Below are positions 9,574-16,661 of a stretch of 64,000 nucleotides of DNA, one piece after another (positions within the stretch are counted from its first letter, which is position 1; every line of letters begins with the position of its first letter). The stretch lies in IMG/VR virus record IMGVR_UViG_3300009161_000031, positions 37,004 through 101,003 of that record. The stretch is one strand, 5' to 3'. The notes below the pieces were generated by a model that saw only the letters and a list, made by a program, of their open reading frames with translations, had not been told where the DNA came from and searched no databases. The translations under genes and the position numbers were made by a program. Source of the stretch: a virus.

Positions 9574-9828
9574 TTTTTCCCCTTAGATCGGGAGTGCGGG
9601 GTGCGCTCCAACAAGGACAAAACTAATCGCGTTACCTATTTGAGTCAAGTTATAGAGGCAAATTGAGGAAAAGAATAGGTTCACTCTAAGTAGCCAAAAG
9701 CTATCACCACTCAACGCTGGCGTGCCTCACATTTTTTTGTGAGGTGCCGTGAGGCACGCCAGCCCGATGGGTTTCCGGGCGCGAAAAAGCCCCCCTTGCG
9801 GGGGGCTTCTGCCGACTCTCCGAGGCCG

Positions 9829-10176
9829 CTAGGCAGCCTCGGGGCGAGATTCCCGGCAGTCGTCGTGCTGGTCGATACAAAACTCATCAAGGTCGAAATC
9901 TAAGATACCTGAGGATTCTATGTGGCTAAGCATACCGACAGCCATCGCTTCGTAGTATCCCTCGGGGTTATTCATAATGACCTGATAATCATCGGCGGTC
10001 TGAGGGTTGATAACGCTCACCGCAAAACCGATAAGCGTCATTTTGTTTTCCCAATTTGCTTCCCAAAAGTTACGAAACATAATGGCACGCATTAGTTTCC
10101 ATTCATCGTGGAATGGCATAGTAAATGAATCCTGATGAAAATCTAGCAAGTGGCGAACGGTTTCGATGTTGTCCAT
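9829..10176 (-). CDS. cassette C10, family B acidic protein
   Basis: AAGGGG RBS; paralog of C9. Confidence 0.85.
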   Translation of the reverse strand: MDNIETVRHLLDFHQDSFTMPFHDEWKLMRAIMFRNFWEANWENKMTLIGFAVSVINPQTADDYQVIMNNPEGYYEAMAVGMLSHIESSGILDFDLDEFCIDQHDDCRESRPEAA

Positions 10177-10419
10177 TTTGTCCCCTTAGGTTGGGAGTGC
10201 CGGTTGCGCTCCAACAAGGACAAAACTAATCGCGTTTCGGTTTTGAGTCAACTTCTGCTAACGATTTGAGCAAAAGAATAGGTTCACTCTAAGTGGCCAC
10301 CAGCTACCACCAGACCCAGCGGGCGCACGCTACGAGGAACGAGTAGCGGGCAGCGTGCGCCCGCCCCCGAGGGGGAGTCACGGAGAGTGGTTGCCCACCC
10401 TCCGTGACCCGACCGGCCC

Positions 10420-10725
10420 CTACAGGTAGTCGTGGGCGATGTTGCGGATTATGTCGTTTACCCAACGGTCGGGCCAATCGAGGTAATCCTGAGACTCTGC
10501 GAATACGTCCACCGCATTGGCAAATGTGGTCACGCCTACGATAGCGTGCGGGAATCCCATACGGACTAAGGATAGGCTCTGAGTCCATTCCATAGAGTCT
10601 AGGGCTAGGATAAGGGGCATTAGGGCATCTATTGAGTGAACAGATCGCGCCTCGCCGCTGGCGTGAGCCTCAATGAGGCTAAGGCGTAGCGCCTTGCCCT
10701 CTGCGTCTAGTGAGTAATTCGGCAT
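10420..10725 (-). CDS. cassette C11, hypothetical protein
   Basis: own promoter, AAAGG RBS; MPNYS start resembles C13-C16. Confidence 0.8.
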   Translation of the reverse strand: MPNYSLDAEGKALRLSLIEAHASGEARSVHSIDALMPLILALDSMEWTQSLSLVRMGFPHAIVGVTTFANAVDVFAESQDYLDWPDRWVNDIIRNIAHDYL

Positions 10726-10970
10726 AATCGTGGAACCTTTCAGGTGAGGTGCGCCGGTTGCGCTCCAACAAGGACAAACCTACTAGCGTTCCGAATCTGA
10801 GTCAAGGCGGGAGAGCAAATTGAGGAAACAATGATGTTCACTCTAAGTGGCCAAAAGCTACCACCACACTCAGCGGGCGCACGCTACGAGGAACGAGTAG
10901 CGGGCAGCGTGCGCCCGCCCCCGAGGGGGGGTCACGGAGAGTGGTTGCCCACTCTCCGTGACCGGGTCGG

Positions 10971-11216
10971 TTAGAAATCGCACTCGTGGTTTACGTCGTG
11001 GTCGTCAAGGTTGGGAAGTTCGTGCCTCCACGCTTGGTAGAGAATCGCTTCCTCTAGCGCTGCTGCGCTGTAGTTTAGGATTGTGTAATCGAGCCACTTA
11101 GCGCCCGACTCTGCGGAAATCGTGCGAGAAATCTCGCAACGAAATGCGCGAACTAATGGGGCAAGTGCCGAACGCGACGCGGTTTCGGCGGCTAGGACTT
11201 TCTGTGTGTTGGTCAT
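10971..11216 (-). CDS. cassette C12, leaderless hypothetical protein
   Basis: TAGATT-N6-ATG, no RBS or leader. Confidence 0.75.
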   Translation of the reverse strand: MTNTQKVLAAETASRSALAPLVRAFRCEISRTISAESGAKWLDYTILNYSAAALEEAILYQAWRHELPNLDDHDVNHECDF

Positions 11217-11427
11217 AAGAGAAATCTACCCTAGATTAGATTCTGAGTCTAGTTATGCGGCTAAAGATTGTCTCAAGATGTTGAGGTTAGAATACTCACT
11301 CTAAGTGGCCAAAAGCTATCACCAGCCGTTGCGGGCGCACGCTACGAGGAACGAGTAGCGGGCAGCGTGCGCCCGCCCCCGAGGGGGGCCACGGAGAGTG
11401 GTTGCCCACTCTCCGTGACCGGGTCGG

Positions 11428-11640
11428 TTACTCCTCCCAGCCGACGATGCGGTCGGGGACTTCCCAGTCCTCAACGTCGCCGTCGTCCTCGCTGCGGACA
11501 GAGCGGGCGTAGACCTCGGGGTCATCGAAACTGAATTCGTAAACCTTGACCTCGATAGGAGCGCCCCACTGAATTCCAGAGAGGGCCGCGTCCCACTCCA
11601 TTGCCAATTCGCTTGCGGTCTTGCCAGAGACGTTCGGCAT
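11428..11640 (-). CDS. cassette C13, acidic small protein (family D tail EDDGDVEDWEVPDRIVGWEE)
   Basis: own promoter; C-terminal 20 aa shared with C15. Confidence 0.8.
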   Translation of the reverse strand: MPNVSGKTASELAMEWDAALSGIQWGAPIEVKVYEFSFDDPEVYARSVRSEDDGDVEDWEVPDRIVGWEE

Positions 11641-11908
11641 CTGCCAAATCCATTCTCTCAGGGAGTCCGCCGGTTGCTCGCTCCAATAAGTACAAACTAC
11701 TCGCGTTCGGAATCTGAGTCAACTTCTGCGTGCGAATTGAGGTAAAAATGATGTTCACTCTAAGTGGCCAAAAGCTATCACCACACAACGCTGGCGCACG
11801 CTACGAGGGACGAGTAGGCGGCAGCGTGCGCCAGCCCGGGCCAAGGTCACTCTGAGTGATGAGGGGGGAGCGCCCCGACCCTTGCGGGCCGGGGCTTGAC
11901 CCCTAGAC

Positions 11909-12217
11909 TCAGATTGAGAGTCTAAAGACCCTGGCTAGGTCTATGATTTCATCGCAAGCGGCTATTGCCTCGGTGCGAGGGACATCGTCGCCGCGTAGTG
12001 GGGCTAGGTCACCCAACACGCTTTGCATAGCGTGGCTGTAGGGGTTATCCATTCCCCAAATGCCGGTGGTCATGAGCACGTTGAAGATAACGTGAGCGTT
12101 CATGAACGTGCACCCCCACAATTCCTGTATCCGTTCCTTAATAAGTACGGAATTGGTGCTTACGGTTACCGCCGCATCGGTTGTCGCGGTTGCGACCTCT
12201 CCAGAGAAGTTCGGCAT
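11909..12217 (-). CDS. cassette C14, family E protein
   Basis: 102 aa, paralog of C16. Confidence 0.8.
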   Translation of the reverse strand: MPNFSGEVATATTDAAVTVSTNSVLIKERIQELWGCTFMNAHVIFNVLMTTGIWGMDNPYSHAMQSVLGDLAPLRGDDVPRTEAIAACDEIIDLARVFRLSI

Positions 12218-12542
12218 GTGGCCAAATCCATTCTCTCGGGGAGGGAGCCGGTTGCTCTCTCCAATAAGTACAAACTACCAAACATCAGTATGCGAGTCTA
12301 TTTGTGCGCCTAATTATTACCTCAAGATTAAAAAAAGAATCCAAAAAAAACCAGCTCCCGGCTTGACACGGGCGAGCGGGTGTGATTTGTTCTGCGGCCA
12401 CTCTAAGTGACATTTTTTCCCATACCAGCCAACGCGGGCGAGCTTAGCACACGGTAGATCGTGTGTGCGTATGGGGCGGCTCGCCCGCCGAACCCCAAAG
12501 GGGAGGGGAGAGGCTGGAGCCTCTCCCCTTTGCCCCCGGGAG

Positions 12543-12728
12543 TTACTCCTCCCAGCCGGTGATGCGGTCGGGGACTTCCCAGTCCTCAACATCGCCGTCA
12601 TCCTCAAGCGGGAACCGGTCGGGGCTGACCGTGTGGAGGATGCTGTCCAACTGTCCGAGCGGATGCCCGAACATGTGTTCTATCAAGCCGCGTGCGTCAA
12701 ACGCGGGGCTAGCAGAGAAGTTCGGCAT
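12543..12728 (-). CDS. cassette C15, acidic small protein (family D tail)
   Basis: N-terminus as C14 (MPNFS), C-terminus as C13. Confidence 0.8.
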   Translation of the reverse strand: MPNFSASPAFDARGLIEHMFGHPLGQLDSILHTVSPDRFPLEDDGDVEDWEVPDRITGWEE

Positions 12729-12863
12729 GTGGCCAAATCCATTCTCTCGGGGAGGGAGCCGGTCGCTCTCTCCAATAAGTACAAACTACCAGCTAATGGC
12801 TTGCGAGTCTATTTCTGCGGGCTATTTCTTTGCATTATTTCTTTTTTTATTTGTGAGCAGAAC

Positions 12864-12892
12864 TTGACAGCGTACTAAACTTGTACTAGACT
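12864..12892 (+). promoter_or_regulatory. plus-strand promoter TTGACA-N17-TAGACT pointing into the C16 palindrome
   Basis: near-consensus boxes with a 17-bp spacer; no credible ORF downstream. Confidence 0.55.
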
Positions 12893-13024
12893 ACCCCACC
12901 ACTCTGCGCTGGCGCACGCTACGAGGGACGAGTAGGCGGCAGCGTGCGCCAGCCCGGGCCAATGTCACTCTGAGTGATGAGGGGGGGGGGAGCGCCCCGA
13001 CCCTTGCGGGCCGGGGCTTGACCC

Positions 13025-13333
13025 CTAGGCTGCGTCTACCCAATCCATCATTAGGTAAACGATTACCTCGGAGGCAATCATCGCCTCGGAGTGTGGAGTA
13101 TTAGTCCGACGCAGGCCGATTAGTGAGGCCATTACTCTCTCGCCTGCGGTATGGGCCATTCCCTCGGTTGCCCAAATCATAGTGGACGATAGGGCTCCGA
13201 ATACCGCTTGAGCGGTTCTTGAGTCAACATTCCACAATTCTTTGATGCGCTTAGTGATTGCTATTGAGCAAGGCGCTACGGTTACCGCCGTATCGGTTGC
13301 CGCGATTGCGACCTCTCCAGAGAAGGTAGGCAT
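13025..13333 (-). CDS. cassette C16, family E protein
   Basis: 102 aa, paralog of C14. Confidence 0.8.
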   Translation of the reverse strand: MPTFSGEVAIAATDTAVTVAPCSIAITKRIKELWNVDSRTAQAVFGALSSTMIWATEGMAHTAGERVMASLIGLRRTNTPHSEAMIASEVIVYLMMDWVDAA

Positions 13334-13651
13334 TTGGCCAAATCCAGTCTCTCGGGGAGCGAGCCGGTTGCTCTCTCCAATAAGTACAATTTACCAAACA
13401 TCAGTGAGTGAGTCTATTTCTGCGCCTCATTGTTTCCTCAAGATAATAAAAGAAATCCAGCTCCCGGCTTGACACGCAGCCGCGGCTGTGATTTATTCTG
13501 CGACCACTCTAAGTGACCAAAAATGCCAAACCAAGCCGAGCGGGCGAGCTTAGCACACGAAGAGCGTGTGTGCGTATGGGGCGGCTCGCCCGCCGAACCC
13601 CAAAAGGGGAGGGGAGGGGCCGGAGCCCCCCCCCCTTGCTCCCCCGGAGGG

Positions 13652-13945
13652 TTACTCCTCGTCTCGGAAGACGGGGTACCAACGCTCACCCTCGGGGGTG
13701 ACGATGAGAACATCGGCAGCCTCGGCAGCGGCGACGAGAATGTCCACCGTCGCTTCGAGTATTAGCAACTCGAAGGTTGTGGTGAACGAGGTGACCGCGT
13801 CAAGCGCCTTGTCCGTAGCCTTGAACGCGTCGGCCAACTCTTGCGCCTCGTAGCGGTTCACGTAGAACCCCTCTAGGCGTTTCGCGAGAACCGTCGCGTC
13901 GGCTACCGCGGGTGCGGTCTTGCTAAGAGAGAGAATCGGCTTCAT
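13652..13945 (-). CDS. cassette C17, hypothetical protein (MKPILSLSK...)
   Basis: start 13945 or in-frame 13957; the ORF-track start 14011 lies in the promoter. Confidence 0.75.
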   Translation of the reverse strand: MKPILSLSKTAPAVADATVLAKRLEGFYVNRYEAQELADAFKATDKALDAVTSFTTTFELLILEATVDILVAAAEAADVLIVTPEGERWYPVFRDEE

Positions 13946-14267
13946 GCCGTAGTCCATTCTCTTGGGGAGTCCGCCGGTTGCTCGCTCCGATAAGTACAAA
14001 CTACCAAACACGCCTATGCGAGTCCATTTCTGCGCCTCATTTTTTCCTCAAGATAAAAAAAAGAATCAAAAAAAAACTAGCTCCCGGCTTGACACGCAGC
14101 CGCGGCTGTGATTTATTTTATGACCACTCTAAGTGACCAAAAATGCCAAACCAAGCCGAGCGGGCGATCCTAGCACACGGTAGATCGTGTGTGCTTGGGC
14201 GGCTCGCCCGCGTGACCCCAAAGGGGGAGGGGAGAGGCCGGAGCCCCTCCCCTTGTTCCCGGCTCCC

Positions 14268-14477
14268 TTAGACTTCGTACCCGTGGCGGGTAAGAATGTC
14301 CCGGGTCATTGAGACGATTGTCTCGTTGAGGGCAACCATCTCAGCCCCGAACGATTCGCCGTGAGAGCGAATGTTGATGTCAATCCCCGCATTGCGGATT
14401 GACATTCTCAGCCGGGACTCAGCGTCGCGAACGAAGTCGCGAAGCACACTTGCCCCACTCTCGGTTATTCCGGCCAT
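14268..14477 (-). CDS. cassette C18, hypothetical protein (MAGITESG...)
   Basis: AAGGAG RBS before ATG 14477. Confidence 0.8.
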   Translation of the reverse strand: MAGITESGASVLRDFVRDAESRLRMSIRNAGIDINIRSHGESFGAEMVALNETIVSMTRDILTRHGYEV

Positions 14478-14799
14478 AACTGTCTCCTTAGGTTCGTGGA
14501 GCGAACCGGTTGTTCCCTCCAACAAGTACTAACCTATCGCGTCCCCGTGTGCGAGTCCACTTCTGCGCCTAAATGTTTCCTCAAGATAAAAAAAAGAATC
14601 GAAAAAAAACCAGCTCCCGGCTTGACACGGCGGCGCGCCTGTGATTTATTCTGCGGCCACTCTAAGTGACATTTTTTCCGCCCCCAGTTCTCGCGGGCGA
14701 TCCTAGCACACGGTAGATCGTGTGTGCTTGGGCGGCTCGCCCGCGTGACCCCAAAGGGGAGGGGAGGGGCCGGAGCCCCCCCCCCTTTTCCCGGGAAGT

Positions 14800-15045
14800 T
14801 TACTTTGTCCACTTAATGGCAAAGTCGATTGCCTTAGGCAACATCACTTGGATGTCGTACTCATCCTCGGTGTAGTAGTCTGTGATGAGGTACTGTAGCG
14901 CCTCACTTATGACCTCGGGGGAGAGTGTGGCAACAAACTCCATGGCCGCCTTGACGCACATGATAGGCATGTGAATCGGGTCAAGGCTAACGGCCTTGGC
15001 GTGTGCCGCGATTGCGGCCTTGCTAAGAGAGAGAATCGGCTCCAT
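14800..15045 (-). CDS. cassette C19, hypothetical protein (MEPILSLSK...)
   Basis: start 15045 or 15057; N-terminus shared with C17. Confidence 0.75.
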   Translation of the reverse strand: MEPILSLSKAAIAAHAKAVSLDPIHMPIMCVKAAMEFVATLSPEVISEALQYLITDYYTEDEYDIQVMLPKAIDFAIKWTK

Positions 15046-15328
15046 GCCGTAATCCATTCTCTAGGGGAGTCCGCCGGTTGCGTGCTCCGATAAGTACAAA
15101 CTACCAAACACGCGTAGGTGAGTCCACTTCTGCGCCTCATTATTACCTCAAGATAATAAAAAAAATAAATCCGGCTCCCGACTTGACACGGGGCCGCGGC
15201 TGTGATTTATTTCACGGCCACTCTAAGTGGTCAAAAAAGCGTATCCATATTTAGCGGGCGATCCTAGCACACGAAGAGCGTGTGTGCTGTCCGGGCCGCC
15301 CACGTAACTGTTGTTCTGGGGGGCCGCT

Positions 15329-15438
15329 GGGCGCGGCGAGCCGCGATGTGGGGCGCGGCGAGCCGCGATGTGGGGCGCGGCGAGCCGCGATGTGGGGCGC
15401 GGCGAGCCGCGATGTGGGGCGCGGCGAGACGCGATGTG
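15329..15438. repeat. 5 x 22-bp tandem repeat GGGCGCGGCGAGCCGCGATGTG
   Basis: exact tandem copies, last with one mismatch; internal palindrome CGCGGC-GA-GCCGCG. Confidence 0.95.
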
Positions 15439-15535
15439 GGGTACGTCAAGCTGACTCCAGGCCAGAACCAGGGCTCGGGCCTGGGCGCGCAGAGGGGGGA
15501 GAGGCCGGAGCCCCTCCCCCGCCTCGCCTGCGGGG

Positions 15536-15649
15536 TTATGCGATGCAGTAGATTAGGAAGCAGAGCAGCTCTGCCCTGCGCTCTTCGCTCAAGAGCGGGG
15601 TCGTGTGGTACGTGTAGTCGAGCAACATAATCAGTTCGCCGTGTGTCAT
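15536..15649 (-). CDS. cassette C20, 37-aa peptide MTHGELIMLLDYTYHTTPLLSEERRAELLCFLIYCIA
   Basis: read manually; AAAGGAA RBS, own promoter at 15691-15719, hairpins after the stop. Confidence 0.65.
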   Translation of the reverse strand: MTHGELIMLLDYTYHTTPLLSEERRAELLCFLIYCIA

Positions 15650-15845
15650 AGTTTTCCTTTTTTCGGGGAGCCGGTTGCTCCGATAAAGATAACTTATCAC
15701 CGGCCCTAGTGTGAGTCAAGTTGGAGCGGGTATTTCTTTTATTTTATTTATCGGGCCGCGCTGTTGGCCGCGCTGTCGGGGTAGGTCGCGTGGTGTGTGC
15801 TGTTGTGTGAGTAGGGCAGGGCGGGTACGCCCTGCTGGCTCTGCC

Positions 15846-15943
15846 CTGGCCTGACCCAGGGTCGCGAGCTGGCCTGACCCAGGGCCGCGAGCTGGCCTGA
15901 CCCAGGGCCGCGAGCTGGCCTGACCCAGGGCCGCGAGCTGGCC
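15846..15943. repeat. 4.3 x 23-bp tandem repeat CTGGCCTGACCCAGGGCCGCGAG
   Basis: direct reading; first copy has one mismatch. Confidence 0.95.
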
Positions 15944-16015
15944 GCGTCCTGGCCTACACGCGACAACGCCGCGACCCACGCTATCGGGTCGCGGTGTTCG
16001 CCTATGGCGGTACGA

Positions 16016-16382
16016 TAACCCGCACCCCTTGAGACTCTCGCACTAGGCGAGAGTCTCGCGGGCTACGTGCTAGGCGCTTAGGGCTATTAGTTCGGTTGCG
16101 ACGTTACCGGCGTTGGCGATTGTGTGGACTAGTGCGGCCTCAAGCGCGGTAGTCTGTCCATCGGTCGCAAGCATTAGCAACATCTCGCGGATAGTCCGGT
16201 CGGCGTTGGAATGGCCAAGAATCGCCTCGGTCACTCGGCGCGTTATTTCGTCAAGCCGTATTTCTACTGCGCGGTGCTGGTGGTGATTCATTATGTCCCC
16301 TTTGGTTGGTTGGTTGGTGGTACGGTAACCCGCACCCCTTGAGACTCTCGCACTAGGCGAGAGTCTCGCGGGCTACGTGCTA
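16016..16382. repeat. 57-bp exact direct repeat (16016-16072, 16326-16382) with hairpin GAGACTCTCGC-ACTAG-GCGAGAGTCTC
   Basis: each copy starts, on the minus strand, at the TAG of a small gene. Confidence 0.95.
16070..16291 (-). CDS. cassette C21, hypothetical protein
   Basis: AAAGGGG RBS. Confidence 0.75.
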   Translation of the reverse strand: MNHHQHRAVEIRLDEITRRVTEAILGHSNADRTIREMLLMLATDGQTTALEAALVHTIANAGNVATELIALSA

Positions 16383-16661
16383 AACGCTTACGTGGTGGAA
16401 CGCTATCACCGCGTTCGCGTTCTCGGCACCGATTACGTTCCCACCGATTACGTGACCGGCGAGACGCGCAAGCCATACGCGGCGCTCTTTAGTTGGCATC
16501 GCGGCTATTGCTATCGCGGCACCACGTAGGCGAGGCTCTGACTCAAACAGTAGGGCCGCGTTTGCCTTGAGGCGGAGACTCAAGGCATCTTGCTCCCCTA
16601 CTACTTGCGCGCGGTCCGCGTTGCCACCGGTGTCCGGTAGGTCTAGCGTGGAATCGAACAT
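16380..16661 (-). CDS. cassette C22, hypothetical protein (MFDSTLDLPDTGG...)
   Basis: AAAGGGG RBS before ATG 16661. Confidence 0.7.
   Translation of the reverse strand: MFDSTLDLPDTGGNADRAQVVGEQDALSLRLKANAALLFESEPRLRGAAIAIAAMPTKERRVWLARLAGHVIGGNVIGAENANAVIAFHHVSV

Larger units (their letters stand above)
9682..15229. repeat. 11-bp quasi-palindromic motif CACT-CT(A/G)-AGTG, 12 copies
   Basis: starts at 9682 (ends AGTA), 10285, 10839, 11297, 11756, 11848 (CTG), 12399, 12966 (CTG), 13505, 14125, 14658, 15219. Confidence 0.9.
3552..15303. repeat. family of long palindromes, about one per cassette, outer arms GC(T/G)G(G/T)CG...CG(C/A)C(A/C)GC
   Basis: copies at 3552-3591, 3671-3711, 4797-4839, 5418-5460, 5833-5873, 6490-6527, 6989-7029, 7563-7603, 8106-8148, 8542-8582, 9121-9166, 9716-9763, 10319-10364, 10873-10918, 11331-11376, 11790-11835, 12434-12488, 12908-12953, 13540-13593, 14160-14211, 14692-14745, 15254-15303 (degenerate). 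The copies at 5833, 6989, 7563 and 8542 are the identical 41-mer GCTGGCGCTCCAAATCGCCGGAGGCGATTTGGAGCGCCAGC. Confidence 0.95.
5314..15719 (-). promoter_or_regulatory. 20 copies of a sigma70/SigA-type promoter T(T/G/A)GACT-N17-TA(G/A)n(T/C)T
   Basis: minus-strand copies with a 17-bp spacer at 5314-5342, 5754-5782, 6381-6409, 6910-6938, 7484-7512, 7987-8015, 8463-8491, 9042-9070, 9620-9648, 10223-10251, 10777-10805, 11223-11251, 11694-11722, 12272-12300, 12783-12811, 13388-13416, 13998-14026, 14531-14559, 15098-15126, 15691-15719; each lies just upstream of a cassette ORF, usually with an A-rich UP-like tract. Confidence 0.9.

Noticed and set aside
11848-11906. Hammerhead ribozyme (CTGAGTGATGAG... 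at 11852 and 12970)
   Set aside because: No correct CUGANGA plus GAAA and NUH core; the sequence is explained by the CACTCTGAGTG motif and a terminator hairpin.
9232-13333. Diversity-generating retroelement or retron as the source of paralog variation
   Set aside because: No reverse transcriptase in the window, and differences do not look adenine-restricted by eye.
15181-15220. Solitary CRISPR-repeat mimic (GGGGCCGCGGCT resembling type I-G repeats)
   Set aside because: Similarity is short, lacks the ATTGAA end, and is not kept in sister cassettes.
4797-15303. CRISPR array
   Set aside because: Intervals are 400-650 bp and contain promoters and ORFs, the repeats drift in sequence, and no cas genes are present.
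4797-15303. Classical integron attC cassettes
   Set aside because: No consistent RYYYAAC/GTTRRRY core sites, cassettes have their own promoters, and there is no IntI in the window; kept only as an analogy.
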